From NCBI RefSeq assembly GCF_009914755.1, contig NC_060932.1: a stretch of 64,000 bases of DNA, one strand, 5' to 3'. The stretch is from the human T2T-CHM13v2.0 reference genome, Homo sapiens. Positions within the stretch are counted from its first letter, which is position 1; every line of letters begins with the position of its first letter. The notes beneath the pieces were generated by a model, which searched no databases, was not told the origin of the DNA, and saw only the letters and a program-made list of their open reading frames with translations. Both the position numbers and the translations under genes were made by a program. Shown here one piece after another: positions 1-13,720 of this stretch.

Positions 1-2355
1 ACCTATTGACCTGTAGGTTTGCGTGTGAGGTTATTGCAGGGGACATGGTTTACTATTTCCTCTTGGGGTTTGTTTCTTTCGTCAGTTGTTGGTCGTCAAG
101 AGAAGGTGAAATTTTGCTCATGTGGTACATCCGTGGATCATTCTTGCCACCTTGAATAGTGGATACTGGAATTCAATTGGAAGATAGGAACGGTGCTCTT
201 CTTTCTTACCCTGGCTCGCCCATTTTATTTTGGTTTCTGAATGGACCTCAGGTGCCCTGGGACTTGTGCTCTTGCTGGAACCCACATAATGCGGGAAACA
301 GACAGACCGACTTACCTGTTTCACGGTGTCCACTTCCATTGCGTGGAAACGGAAAATTTTCCCACTGGCACGGAAGTCATTTGGAACTAATTCTCATTGA
401 TACTAAAGGAAATCAAACACTGGAGTGTGTGTATTCATCTAAAATACATTCAGAAAGCCCTGAAATAAACCTCATTTGGTGTGTTTACAAATGGCATTTG
501 AGGAGATTCCGGGTCATTCGTCCAGCTGCGAAAGCTGCATCTCTGAAACACAGTCCCTGTCCTGCAATCAGACTTATTTATCCGACGTGGTGTTTCTGTG
601 GAAATTATTGTGGGAAATGGCCCCTTCCTTTTCTGTATTTGCTGATTAGATTTCATGGTCCCTTTCTTGTTAGGTGCAGTGATCAAAGTTGACCAACCCC
701 TGAGGAAAGCTGTCCAGGTCACAACTCAGGGCTCCGTAGAACCACAGAATCTTGGGCACAACCCTGCTCAAGCACCCAAATGTGCATACGAACAGGGTCT
801 CTGTGTGACGTGTGTGAAAACTACAGTGTGATGAGCATGACTTGCAGACAGGTTATCGATTGGGCTCCCCTCAAAATTAGTTATGAGCATTAAAGCACAC
901 CGATGCCCAGGTCCCGGCTGCAGGAATAAGACCCTCCAACGTCTTGTGTGAAGCCACGGCATCTGGATTGCTCATGCTTCTGGGGATCATTCTCCTGAAA
1001 ATTGTGGCTCCTTCCTGCCTGTGGAGCACCTCTCTAAGCAGTGCCCTTTCTTCACCCAGGACACTTTACATCAGGCACAGAAAGCCTTCTGATGGAGCAC
1101 ACCTGGCCCATGAAAAGACAAGGGAGAAGAAACGGGGCCAAAGATCACAGTCCTCTCATTCCACCATCCTCCTTAAAATCATCCGAATTTCATGGGCCCT
1201 GAGGCCACGGCTGTTTCTTTACACCTCGAGACCTTGGCGCCGGGCCTCAATTCTGCCCCAGTGCTTACTGTCTAAGACATTTTGGGAAAATCCCTAGAGC
1301 CTGGATCTTCAATCCTGGTAAGCCAGAGAGCCTGGAGACACACCCAAATTATGTCCCTCTTAGTTCAGGGAACATGTCCATTTTCGACAGCATTAAAATT
1401 TTGGCACCAAATGTGCTAACTGCAATTCCACCATACAATGCGTAACTGGAAATGGAGGCAACATCTCATATCCTGAACAATTCATGCGAGAATCTAGGAG
1501 ACACACGGCTTACTTTTGCCTTTTCCCACTGAAACAAGGGCCAGTATTAACAATGTTATGCTATCCTTGGTTTCACTCCCCACTTTTAAATCTCTCGGAT
1601 GTTTACTTCTTGAGACAGGGCGTCACTGCCGTCACCCACGCTTTTCTACGGTGTAATTTTTGTTGTTTGCTTTTGTCAAATTTAGAAATTTTCATTCATC
1701 TCTATCAAATGTTGCTCCATTATCACATACGTATGAAAATATTATCACGCGTGCTGTGAGATACGTTGTTTTTATTTTCATCAATTCTTTTGTAAAACAA
1801 AGGTTATAGTTGGGATACCTTCTGATTTCTCAAGTTTTTTGTTTCATATTTTCTTAAACTGCCGTCGCACGTCCAAAACCACTCACTATACAATGTCTTG
1901 ACCATCTCTCTTTTCTGGCAAATATAAATTTTCGGAATGTCATCAGTTAGTCTCTCGGTGATTCCATTATTTCCCCAAAGTCTTTTACAGTCTAGTTTGT
2001 GCACTGAGTATCTCTTCAAACTTCAGTGCATGTTTCTACGACTTAATGCTTTATTATTCAGCAATCTAGCTTCCACAAGAGCATTTAATGTAAAGACTTG
2101 TCTTTTTCTCCACTGGCAGGTAATTTCACTCGGATATAGAATCATTAGGCTGATTATGGAAAGGTTATCGCTGGGAGGTGTGATTGATTCCACGGATCTC
2201 TCCTTTTTTATTGAGGAAAAATATATGCTGTGCTAATTACTATACTTCATTGCCTATTCTCAGGTCAGAAAGCGCACTTCAGACTTCTCCTTCTATCGCT
2301 GAAAGGATGATGGTATCTGCCAAAAGCACATACTCGGAAGTACATCCCAGCACAA

Positions 2356-2401
2356 ACACACACACACACACACACACTCACACAGAGAGAGACACACACA
2401 C
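2356..2401. repeat. (CA)n/(GA)n microsatellite
   Basis: acacacacacacacacacacactcacacagagagagacacacaca is visible directly. Confidence 0.9.
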
Positions 2402-2806
2402 GGTTTCATAGATAAAGATTTCTTCCCTGACATTCTTTTACCTAAAATAAGGCAACTGTGTGGCCACTGTCCCAACCCGGTTACAATCATATTATATGTG
2501 CCTATCATCCTGAGGAGTAATTTGATGCAGGTGTTTTAGAAGTCATGATGTGGGCTGTGTCTGTTGAATTCCCAGCGATGCAAGGGGACACACCCTGTGA
2601 CTCATTCCTTAATTGAGTGCTGATATTTGATTGGTTTATCGCGCACCTTATGTGCGGGTGGCGTGTTCGCTCTTGGTGCGGATGAGTTATGTAAGGGCTG
2701 ATTTGGCCAGAGAACTCGTTATTTGAAGACTCTCTCGGAAGAGATAGCGTCTTTCTGCAACCTGCGGTCCCAGCAGAAAAACCTTGTGATCCTTGTTCCA
2801 GGCGAC

Positions 2807-4007
2807 ATGGAGGACGACTCACTCTACTTGGGAGGTGAGTGGCAGTTCAACCACTTTTCAAAACTCACATCTTCTCGGCCAGATGCAGCTTTTGCTGAAA
2901 TCCAGCGGACTTCTCTCCCTGAGAAGTCACCACTCTCATCGGAGACCCGTGTCGACCTCTGTGACGATTTGGCTCCTGTGACAAGACAGCTTGCTCCCAG
3001 GGAGAAGCTTCCTCCGAGTAGCAGGAGACCTGCTGCGGTGGGAGCTGGTCTCCAGAATATGGGAAATACCTGCTACTTGAATGCTTCCCTGCAGTGCCTG
3101 ACATACACACTGCCCCTTGCCAACTACATGCTGTCCTGGGAGCTCTCTCAAATGTGTCATCGTCCCAAGTGCTGCATGCTCTGTATTATGGAAGCTCACA
3201 GCACACGGGCACCTCCACCGTCCTGGCCATGTCATCCAGCCCTCACAGGCATTGGCTGCTGGCTTCCATAGAGGCAAGCAGGAAGATGCCCATGAATTTC
3301 TCATATTCACTGTGGATGCCATTAGAAAGGCATGCCTTCCCGGGCACAAGCAGCTAGATCATCACTGCAAGGACACCACCCTCATCCACCAAATATTTGG
3401 AGGGTACTAGAGATCTCAAATCAAGTGTCTCTACTTCCACGGCATTTCAGACACCTTCGACCCTTACCTGGATATCGCCCTGGATATCCAGGCAGCTCAG
3501 AGTGTCAAGCAAGCTTAGGAACAGTTGGTGAAGCCCGAAGAACTCAATGGAGAGAATGCCTATCATTGTGGTCTTTGTCTCCAGAAGGCGCCTGCCGCCA
3601 AGACGTTAACTTTACACACTTCTGCCAAGGTCCTCATCCTTGTCTTGAAGAGATTCTCCGATGTCACAGGCAACAGACTTGCCAAGAATGTGCAATATCC
3701 TGAGTGCGTTGACATGCAGCCATACATGTCTCAGCAGAACACAGGACCTCTTTTCTATGTCCTCTATGCTGTTCTCATCGTCACCGGGTGGAGTTGTCAC
3801 AACGGACATTACTTCTCTTGTGTCAAAGCTCAAGAAGGCCAGTGGTATAAAATGGATGATGCCGAGGTCACTGCCTCTGGTATCACTTCTCCTTTGAGTC
3901 AACAGGCCTATGTCCTCTTTTACATCCAGAAGAATGAATTTGGAAGACCCAGTTACAGGGTGTCCGCAGGCAGGGAACCAAGAGCTCTTTGTGCTGAAGA
4001 CAATTGA
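2807..4007 (+). pseudogene. USP17L: USP17-like deubiquitinase pseudogene (intronless, frameshifted, C-terminally truncated)
   Basis: Starts [44 protein letters not shown]. Has the Cys box [26 protein letters not shown], His box HNGHY and WYKMDD, spread over different frames. Lesions: frameshift near 3210, in-frame TAG at 3408-3410 and 3516-3518, end at AEDN* 4007 with AATAAA at 4033. Confidence 0.95.
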
Positions 4008-4157
4008 ATTGTGTGTGAAATAATATGTCATGAATAAATCTTGCAGCAGAGTATTTATTTGTCTCACTTTGTAATCAGTGAATGAGCTTTAACGAATATC
4101 AATGCCTAGTGCCTACCCCCCAGAGATAAGAACTTTCAGTCTCTCATGTGTAATCAT

Positions 4158-4815
4158 GGCATCTGGATTGCTCATGATTCTGAAGATAATTCTCCTGTCC
4201 CCCAAAGTTTCAGAATCACTTCAGGTGGTAGAAACAGATAACACATCAGTCCCTTTCTCTCTCTTTTCTCTTCACTCAGGAAAACTCTCACTGGACCAAG
4301 GAAAATCCTATGGTTTACTAGGGAGGAGTAGTTTTCTCAGCAGTGAAAATGGTGGCTCCTTCCTCCCTGTCAAGTCTCTTCCTCAGGATTGCCCCTTTAT
4401 CTCTCCAGGACTCTGCTCATCAGGCCCGAGATGCCCCCTGGTTGCGCATACTTGGCCTATGAAGAAATATGGGGAAGGAATGGTTCCAAAGACCATACTA
4501 TGCTCACTCCACCATCGCCTCTGACACTATGCTGACTTCATGAGCCCTGGGTCAGAAGCTGTTTTCTTTACACCTCTAGGCCTTGCCTCATGGCCTAAAG
4601 ATGTCCCCATTTCTTACATCTTATAAATTTTGACAAAACCCTCAGGGCCTAAATCTTCATTCCTCATAGGCCAAAGGGAGATACACCAGAATTCTGTCCC
4701 TCTGAGACTGCAGGACATCTCAGCTTCCATCAACATGAAATTTTGCACCAAATATAGTTACTGCAGTTCCACCTCACAATGAGTAACTGGAAGTTCAGAC
4801 AACATCTCAGACTCT
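4158..4815 (+). repeat. Diverged copy of RS447-unit sequence homologous to 958-1480
   Basis: ggcatctggattgctcatg..tctcctg occurs at both 958 and 4158, followed by colinear similarity (ccaccatc, gctgttt..tttacacctc, ttttgcaccaaat, taactggaa..caacatctca). Confidence 0.75.
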
Positions 4816-4959
4816 ATACAGTTTCTGGCCAAGCTCATTTGGTTTAACAATGCTTTTACTCTATAAATCAGTTGTGAGAACACTTAGGATTCATATTATT
4901 TAGTATTTTAATCAGTCTGTTATTATTTTCAATGTGTTTACTAGACTTTAGTTTAATAT

Positions 4960-7455
4960 TTCTGATAAACTTTGATGCAAAAATTCTCGATATAATAGTG
5001 GCAAACCAAATCCAGCAACATATCAAAAACCTTATCCACCAAGATCAAGTCAGCTTCTTCCCTTTGGTGCAAGGCTGGTTCAACAAACACAAATCAATAA
5101 ATATAATTCACCATGTAAACCGAACTAAAGACAAAAACCCCATGATTATTTTAGTATACTCAGAAAAGATCTTTGATAAAATTCAACATTCCTTTATGTT
5201 AAAAACCTCAGGAAACTAGGTATTGATGGAACATATCTCAAAATAATAAGAGTCATTTTTGACAAACCCACAGCCAATATCATATTGAATAGGCAAAAGC
5301 TGGAAGCATTCCTTTTGAAATTCGGCACAAGGCAAGGATGCCCTCTCTCACCACTCCTACTCCATATAGTACTGGAAGTTCTGGCCGAGGCAATCAGCCA
5401 AGAGAAAGAAATAAAGCATATTCAAATAGTAAAAGAGGAAGTTGAACTGTCTTTGTTTGCAGATGACATGATCCTATATCTATAAAATCCCATCATCTCA
5501 GCCCAAAAGATTCTTAAGCTTATGAGCCACTGCAGTAAATTCTCAAGATACAAAATCAGTGTGCAAAAATCACAAGCATTCTTATACACCAACAATAGAC
5601 AAGAAGAGAGCCAAATCACAAATAAGTTCCCATTTACATTTGCTGCAGAGTATAAAATACCTAGGAATACAGCTAACAAGGCAAGTGAAGGACCTCTTCA
5701 AGGAGAACTACAAACCACTACTCAAGGAAATAAGAGAGGACACAAACAAATGGAAAAACATTCCATGCTCATGGGTAAGAAGAATCAATATCATGAAAAT
5801 GCCATACTTCCCAAAGTAATTCATAGATTCAATGCTATTCCCATAAACTACCATGGACGTTCTTTACAAAATTAGAAAAAACTACTTCAAAATTCATATG
5901 GAATGAAAAAAGAGCCCATATACCCAGGACAATCCTAAGGTAAAATAACAAAGTTAGAGGCATCATGCTACCTAACTTCAAACTATATTACAAGGCTACG
6001 GTAACCCAACAGCATGGTAGTGGTACAAAACAGACACATAGACCAATGGAATGGAATAGATATATCAGAAATAAGACTGCACATCTACAACCATTTTATT
6101 TTTGATGAAAACAAGCAATGGGGAAAGGATTCCCTATTTAATAATAAATGGTGCTTGAAAAATTGGCTAGACATAGGCAGAAAACTGAAACTGTACCCCT
6201 TCCTTATACCTTATACAAAAATGAACTGAAAATGGATTAAGACTTAAATGTAAAACCCAAAACTGTAAAAAATCCAACCCCATATAAAAGTGGGCAAAAG
6301 CTGGGTACAGTGGCTCATGCCTGTAATCCCAGCAGTTTGGGAGGGTGAAGTGGGCAGATAACTTGAGGCCAGGAATTCAAGATCAGCCTGGCCAAGCTGG
6401 TGAAACCACGTCTCTACTGAAAATACAATAAATTAGCCGGATGTAGTGGTGCGGACCTGTAATCCCAACTACTCAAGAGCCTGAGAGAGAAGAATCGCCT
6501 GAATCTGGGAGGCAGAAGTTGCAGTGACCCGAGATTGTGCCACTGAACTCCACCCTGAGTGACAGAGCAAGACTCTGTCTTAAAAAATAAAAATGTAAAA
6601 ATTTCAAAAGTGGGCAAAGGACATGAACAGACACTTCTCAAAAGAAGACATTTATGCAGCCAACAAACATGAAAAAAAAGCCCAACATTACTGATCATTA
6701 GAGAAATACAAATCAAAACCGCAGTGAGATACCATCTCATGCCAGTCAGAATGGTGATTATTAAAAAGTCAAAAAACAACAGATGCTGGTGAGACTGTGG
6801 GGAAATAGGAAAACTTTTACACTGTTGGTGTGAATGTAAGTTAGTTCAACCACTGTGGAAGACTGTGGTGATTTTTCAAAGACCTAGAATCAGAAATACC
6901 ATTTGACCCAGCAATCCCATTACTGCATATATACTCAAAGGAATATAAATTCTTGTATTATAAAGATACATGCATGGGTATGTTCATTGCAGCACTATTC
7001 ATGAAAGCAAAGACATAGAATCAACCCAAATGCCCATCAATGATAGACTGGATACAGAAACTGTGATACATATACACCATGGAATACTATGCAGCCATAA
7101 AAAGGAATGAGATCATGTCCTTTGCAGGGACATGGATGAAGCTGGAAGTCATTATTCTCAGCAAACTAATGCAGGAACAGAAAACCAAATACACATGTTC
7201 TCACTTAATAAGTGGGAGATGAAAAATGAGAGAACATAGACACAGGGAGGGGAACAACACACACTGGATCCTGTCTGTGGGTGAGTGGGGAGGGAGTGCA
7301 TCAGGATGAATAGCTAATGCATGTGGGCTGAATACCTAGGTGATGGGTTGATAGGTACAGGAAACCACCATGGCACACATTTACCTATGTAACAAACCTG
7401 CGCATCATGCACATGTATCCCAGAACTTAAAATGAAATAAAATAAAATTTTAAAA
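4960..7455 (+). mobile_element. 5'-truncated LINE-1 (older L1PA/L1PB type): ORF2 RT/C-terminal region plus 3'UTR and A-tail
   Basis: ORF2 fragments [64 protein letters not shown]; typical 3'UTR ending gaacttaaaatgaaataaaataaaa. Confidence 0.95.
6300..6605 (+). mobile_element. Alu inserted in the L1
   Basis: Dimeric Alu structure; TSD aaaagtgggcaaa on both sides. Confidence 0.93.
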
Positions 7456-7524
7456 AACTTTATTTTTTCTAACCTTCCAAAATGCAGGGATTACAGGCAT
7501 AAGCCACCATGCCTGGCCCTGTTT

Positions 7525-8695
7525 TAACATATCTGAACAAGATTTAAGACATCAGTTTGAAAAGAGCCCCTCTATGGCAGCAACATGAATTCTGTCAAAC
7601 CTGAAGCAAGAACAAACATCAAATTTACGGTGAAGCTGGGGTACAAAAAATGGTGAAATAAATTATTCTTTATGAAAAGTCTATGGGAAAAATGACCTGA
7701 AGAATCAGTCATTTACAAACGGATACCTTATTCTAAGAAGAGATAATACAATGTTGAAGATGAAGTCAACAGAGGAGGGACATCCATACCAATTTTTGAG
7801 AAAAAAAAATCGTTTCTATGCTCTCATTGAGGAGGATTGACAATTAACAAGAGATACTGTAGCCAACATCACAGACATCTCAATTGGTTCAGCTTACACA
7901 ATACTGACTATAACGTGAAAGTTGAGAAACTTTACATTTGATGAGTCCCAAATACCCTTGTGCCTAGATCAGCAGTGGACAAAAGCAGAGCTATTAGTAA
8001 CTATTTTGAGCAAGCAGAATCAAGATCCTGAAGCATTATTTTGAAGAATTTTAACAGGGAGTGAAACTGGCTTTATCAATAAGATCCTGAAGACAAAGCA
8101 CAATTCAAGCCATGGCTACCAAGAGGTAGAAGTGGTCCAGTCAAAGCAAAAGCAAACTTCTCAAAAGCAAAAGCCATGGAGGTTTTGGGGATGCTCAAGG
8201 TATTTTGCTTGTTGACTTTTTGTAAGGTCAAAGCACGATAACATCTGCTTACTAGGAGAGTTCTTAGAGAAAATTAGCAAATACTTTTGCAGAAAAGCGC
8301 CCTGTAAAGCTTCACTAGAGAGTCCCTCTGCACCACAACAACACTTCTGTTCCTTCCTCTCATCAAACATGGGTAATTTTGCAAGAGTTTTCATGGGAAA
8401 TTATTAGGCATCAACATTACAGTCCTGATTTGGTTTCTTCTGACCTTTTTTTCCCTAACCTTAAAATAACTGTATAACTGTAAAGGGCACCCATTTTTCT
8501 TTAGTTAATAATAGAAGACTGCATTGACACGGTTAAATTCCCATTACCCTCAGTTGTTTAGCAATGGACTGAATGGCTGGGATCATCCTTTAATGGAGTG
8601 TCTGGACCTCAGTAAAGCTTATATTGAGAAATAAAGTTTATATTTATATTTTTATTGTTAATTCCATTTTTCACTGACATTTTTAAATCCCTTCA
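7525..8695 (+). mobile_element. Near full-length, decayed Hsmar2 mariner DNA transposon
   Basis: ATG at 7585 gives MNSVKPEARTNIKF.VKLG; later YSPDL motif (ttacagtcctgatttg), GSGPVKAK, and AYIEK* ending at 8634, matching the recalled Hsmar2 transposase with many lesions. A 3' TIR remnant lies at ~8665-8695. Confidence 0.88.
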
Positions 8696-11600
8696 CAATT
8701 CACCTTTGTCTCAAAGGTATTTAAATTTAGAAATCATATCAAGTGTGAAATAAAAAAATTATATAGACAGAGGGAGAACAGAATCTATAAATATGCATGT
8801 TTGTGTACATACATCCATATACATACATATGTGTGTGCATGCAATAATTTTATTGCCCTAAAGCAATGCCTCTGCCTTCCACCCTCACTGCACATGTCCT
8901 AGTCCTGTGATGTCCCTGGAACTGAGCACCTGATTTCCTTCTCTGCCTCCCACATGAACAGGGAATAGAAATGGAAACCACGTTCTGTGGTTGCTGTTGT
9001 GAAAATCCATGTTCCCCACAGGCTGAGTTTAGCATCTTACATTCTAGTTCTCATTGTAAAAAAGCAAGCAACAAACAAAAACTACAAAAGAAAAAATGAA
9101 ATAGTTGAAAGTCTAGAGCCACAGAGGTTCCGGATCCACCCACCGCCCACGGTGACCTCCACAGCCCTCCAGGCCTGAGGACAGCTATGCCTGAACAGCC
9201 TGCCTCTTCACCATCCACACAGGAAAGTGACTTTAAACTTCAATAGCTATTACTCTGTTCCACAAGGAACCAGGCCAACATTCAAAGTCAGTGGTCTGAC
9301 AACTCTAAGCTTTGGCCGGAAAGTATTGGAAACATTTAACGTGCAGTGGATGAAGCAGCCCGGCCCCACTGCACACAACACACTCACAGGGACTCAAAGG
9401 AAGAGACTCAGGATCCGCTGGGTGGAAGTGAGGACAGACCCAGAAACACAGGGGGTGGGAAGGGGTCAAACCAGGAAGGCTCAGGACCTGACCTCCTCCT
9501 AGGCCCTGCCTCTCTAGAACTCGCAGTTTTTTCTGACCTAGAAGCGGATTTCACTGATGGAAAAGAAGTTCAGTATTTCTGGTCCAGCCCAGTAAGCTGC
9601 TCCCATTGCCCAGCCTTCCACACCACTGCAGACGTCACAATCCCTGCACCCACTAACCTGACAAGGGAGCTATGCATCACCTGGAGACAGTCTTAGGCCT
9701 GCACTCCTGTGATGGGGTCCAGGGTCTGTGTCCATTTCTGGTTAAAATTGCTGTAAGGCTGGTCGCTGTCTTGGCCTTCCCTGCTTCCTCTCTGTTCAAT
9801 TCTCCCCTCCTCACCCCATGTGAAGCTTTTACTCAGGAGATGGATTCTCACCCCTCTTGAAACATCAAGGATAGTGCCAGGACACTGCACCATCCCCTTG
9901 ACCCTGGGATTCTGTAGACCTCAGTCTTCTCCTGAGGTCCCCTCCCTCCCTACCTCATTTTTTCCATACTTCTGGGGCCTGGGCCTGCTACACCTCAGGC
10001 TTCCTCTTCACAGTCACAGAGTGAGGGAGCCCCCTTCATCCTTGGGCTCTGGCCACAGCTCACCTGCTGCAGGACACTCAGCAGCTTTCAGTAGTTCATC
10101 CAGACATCCAGTTGGAAGTGAGATTTCCTGGAAGGAAAGCAGGAACCCAGAATTACACTGAATTCTAACACCAGGGCCCAGGTTCCCCTTCTGCATGGGA
10201 CACTAAGCTGCAAACACTACATGGGCACTTAATGCTCAGCTGTCCTTCTAACATCTGGTCCGATTGTGTCCCTCCTCCTTGGAATATCTCAGAAAATGTA
10301 TCTCCACCTAGAGTTCTTTGAAAGCATCATCCTATGTGATTCCAGACCATCAGGGGGTGCAATGGGTCCTCACCAGTATTTCCACTCTGCTTGGAAGACT
10401 TAGAAAATCCTGAGGCTGCTCAGAGGGTCAGCTTCCCATCGCTGTGTTTCAGTAAAACTTCAGTCTTCCCTGGACAAGTGAGGAGACAGAAAATGTCTAG
10501 TCTCTGGCACATCTTTTGCAAGCAATGGCGGCTCCCAGGAATCAATACTATCAACGAATATATTTTTGAGATTCTGGTCAAAAGAAGAGTCATCCTGCAA
10601 TTTCAGGTAGGATGGAGTGGTTCTGTGGCTCCTGAGGTGATTTTGAAAAGATCTTGACTCTCAGAAGGACCAAGGAGGACATTTCTGGCATTTCCAGACC
10701 AGGAAGAGTGACTGATGGACCTCCAGTGTTACTTGGAAAAATTTTGTTGGACAGCTTTGTAATAAGAGGATCTTGCTTTGGCTTTCAGGCCTTCACATAG
10801 GTTGTTTAGATCATGGAAGTGTTTCTGCATTTCTGCATAGGCTCAGGATGCCTTCTCAAGTCGTCCCTGCAATTATGAGACAGTTGCTTTCTCCAGAGGT
10901 CACTTAGAATAATACAAGAGGCTTCACCCTCAAAGGGACACCAGACAATATAGCCACAGTCCAGCCAAGATTATCTGTATTTACATACCTGTAAAGTAAC
11001 ACTCCTAGTGATCTCCATTAACTTGGACATCTTTCATGAATAGGGAAACTCTAGTGATTGTTATATAACAGCTGCCACAAAAATTAATCAATAAAAAGAA
11101 ACGATATATGAAAAATAATTAATAATCATGATAATGAACTCAATGACCTAAATAGTATGAATTTTAATACTGGAGACAATATAAATGTAAGGATACAAAA
11201 ATTAATGTGGAGCTTCCCCTAAATATATGAAAACTTCACAGACTGTGTCCTCCTTGTGTAATTTGGAGTCAGAGTCAAAGAATTTCTCTATGAAATGTGT
11301 TCCATGATGGCAAACATCAAAAACAGGAGGTGAAAGAAAAGCAAGCCGCAGGAGACCATGGGCTAATATGAACATTTGTGTGCAAACCTCTCTCATCAAG
11401 AACTACCAGCCAGAGGTGAAGGGACTGTGATTTGTGTCCTGCCCACCACTGGGCACACAAAAGCTTTCAGTAGTGCAACCAGATGGCTGGTTTGGCCTGG
11501 CTCCCTGCAAGGAAGACACGTCTCTGATCCCCACCAGCCCATCAGTCCTGGAACTCAGAATCCTACATGCAGTAAACATGAAGCTCCAACTCCATAGCTG

Positions 11601-13424
11601 ACTTTACCTCCTTACTGTCCTTCTGCCATCTGGTGTTTCAGGTGCTCTCCAGATCTGGACTTCTTGGCTCCCCTACCTTTACCAAGTGAACTCAGGATGT
11701 ATCATTCTCAGTCTTCTCCTGCCAGTCCAAAGTGAAACTCACCAATACAAGCATACCCTGGATGGGCTTTCTTGGAATATTTAGAAAACAATGAGCTTGC
11801 TCGGGGGTGGTGTGAGCTCTAGGAGTAGAGTTACAGTCTCCCATGGAAACCTGAGAGGACTTAGAATATTCCCAAAGGCCTAAGCAGTCCAATCTGTCCT
11901 GGAAACATCAGGAATGATATACTCGGTCTTCCTGAGGCTCCAAAATTTTTCCAAATAAACTCAGAGATTACAGAACCATTTTTCTCTTGGGAACTGAAGT
12001 GGAGTTATTTGCCTTCTGCCAGCATCTCACTTTTTTTTTTCTCTAAGTTAGCTTTTGAGCCCAGAAGTAGATATTCCTTGTATTTGATTTACATAGGGAG
12101 CTTCCTAGAATGCCCGTGCCTCTGGATAGTTTCTGCATTCACTCAGGTATTGACAAAATGCTGCAGTTCTACTGAAAATCTCTGAGATGACCATTTGATC
12201 ACCTGAGTAACTTTTGAATGTGTCTTCTATGGAAGCCCTGGAGCCTCCCTTCTGGTATTTCATACACTGCCGGTACCAAGTATCCTGGGTGAAACCCTCC
12301 ATCAGACATTGTTGGCAATTCCAGTATGGAGATGACACTAACGTGATGGGGCTCAAGAATCAGATGGTAGAAGAGCAGCTGGGAGGTGAAGTCTCAGTAG
12401 GCTAGGGGCTTAATGTTCAATGCACACCAGACTTCTGAGACTCAGGAGGCATGTGTGGATCTGTCTGCCCAGTGTCTCTCATCTACAGCCTGGACCAGCT
12501 ATTTCTTGGGGTGAACTACTGAAGGCTTTTGTACGACCTGTGTCAGGCAAGACTCTGGCCAGACCCTTTGCCATAGTCCATTTGTAATGCATTTCCACAT
12601 GGCACAGGTATCTCCACTTTTGCCCATGCTCTCATGTGGCTCAGAATTATTCTCCCTACTGCCACTCTTCTTTGCCATCACAGAAGATATTTCAAGGTGT
12701 AGCCCTAAGCTTCTCCATCTAATCAATAACATGAGGGTTCGTATGGGAACATTGTCACAGGCTTACAGGAATATGTTCTTAAATATCTGCTTTTCTATTA
12801 CTCTCTTCATTAAATTGACATTTATATCATCACCATTATGATTGTTATTAATGTTATTATTATATTGATACAGTTCTTTATCATGGATATATTTGTGGTC
12901 GTTTTTATGCAATGTTGAATAATTGTTTTATGTTCCTGAAGACTGTTGAATTTGCTGAAGATGATTAAAAGACAACCTTAAAACATAAATACCACAGCAA
13001 CCCCAGGAATCCTACTGTACTGCTTGGTGTCCTGTAGAAGAATGGGCTTCCTGAATTATTCTTTTATTTTTCAGGCAAGTACCTATTCATACCAGCATAG
13101 GAGACTGATGAAGTGCACCCTCATCTTGCCATGGTCTCAGAAAGAATTCGTACATATGCTTTATGTGATAGCAACTCTATGTGTAGGCCTGTGAGCCCTA
13201 GAATGCACTTTCTTTCACCAACTAGTCCACCTAACAGTTTTCTAAGTCAAATCCCCTCTCCATGCTTGGATAGGTCATGAATGGCTTTCTGTTACCCACC
13301 TAAGATGAAGGGATATTGCTAAATCAGGTTTGTGGCCAAGAAACTTTTATCTGGAGTGGCAGGAGAGGGCCTACCTGTTCACCAGAGTGTCTGCAACATT
13401 TTCTTTTTTTTCCTTTTTATTTAT

Positions 13425-13720
13425 TTATTTATTTATTTTTTGAGATAGAGTCTCACTCCGTCGCTCAGGCTGGAGTCCAGTGTCGCGATCTTGGCTCGCT
13501 GCAACCTCTGACTCCCAGGTTCAAGCGATTCTCCTGCCTCAGCCTCCTGAGTAGCTGGGATTACAGGTGCGTGTCACCACACCCAGCTAATTTTTGTATT
13601 TTTAGTAGAGAGGCGGTTTCACCATGTTAGTCAGACTGGTCTCAAACTCCTGACCTCATGATCCACCTGCGTTGGCCTCCCAAAGTTCTGGGATTACAGG
13701 CATAAGGCGCCGCACCTGGC
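13425..13720 (-). mobile_element. Alu (AluS-type)
   Basis: Reverse-complement Alu with (TTTA)n tail; TSD tctgcaacattttct. Confidence 0.95.

Larger units (their letters stand above)
1..4040 (+). repeat. Terminal, partly truncated unit of the RS447 (USP17/DUB3) macrosatellite
   Basis: About 2.8 kb of non-TE sequence with a (CA)n tract precedes an intronless USP17 copy, as expected for the ~4.7 kb RS447 unit. Boundaries are approximate. Confidence 0.7.

Noticed and set aside
118-692. 73-aa and 177-aa ORFs and a minus-strand donor (AAACAG|gtaagt, ~315) in the RS447 spacer
   Set aside because: No recognisable homology; an antisense exon cannot be supported without transcript data.
4932-6779. ORFs with reverse-transcriptase motifs (FADD)
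   Set aside because: They are fragments of a decayed LINE-1 ORF2 and Alu, not a novel RT system.
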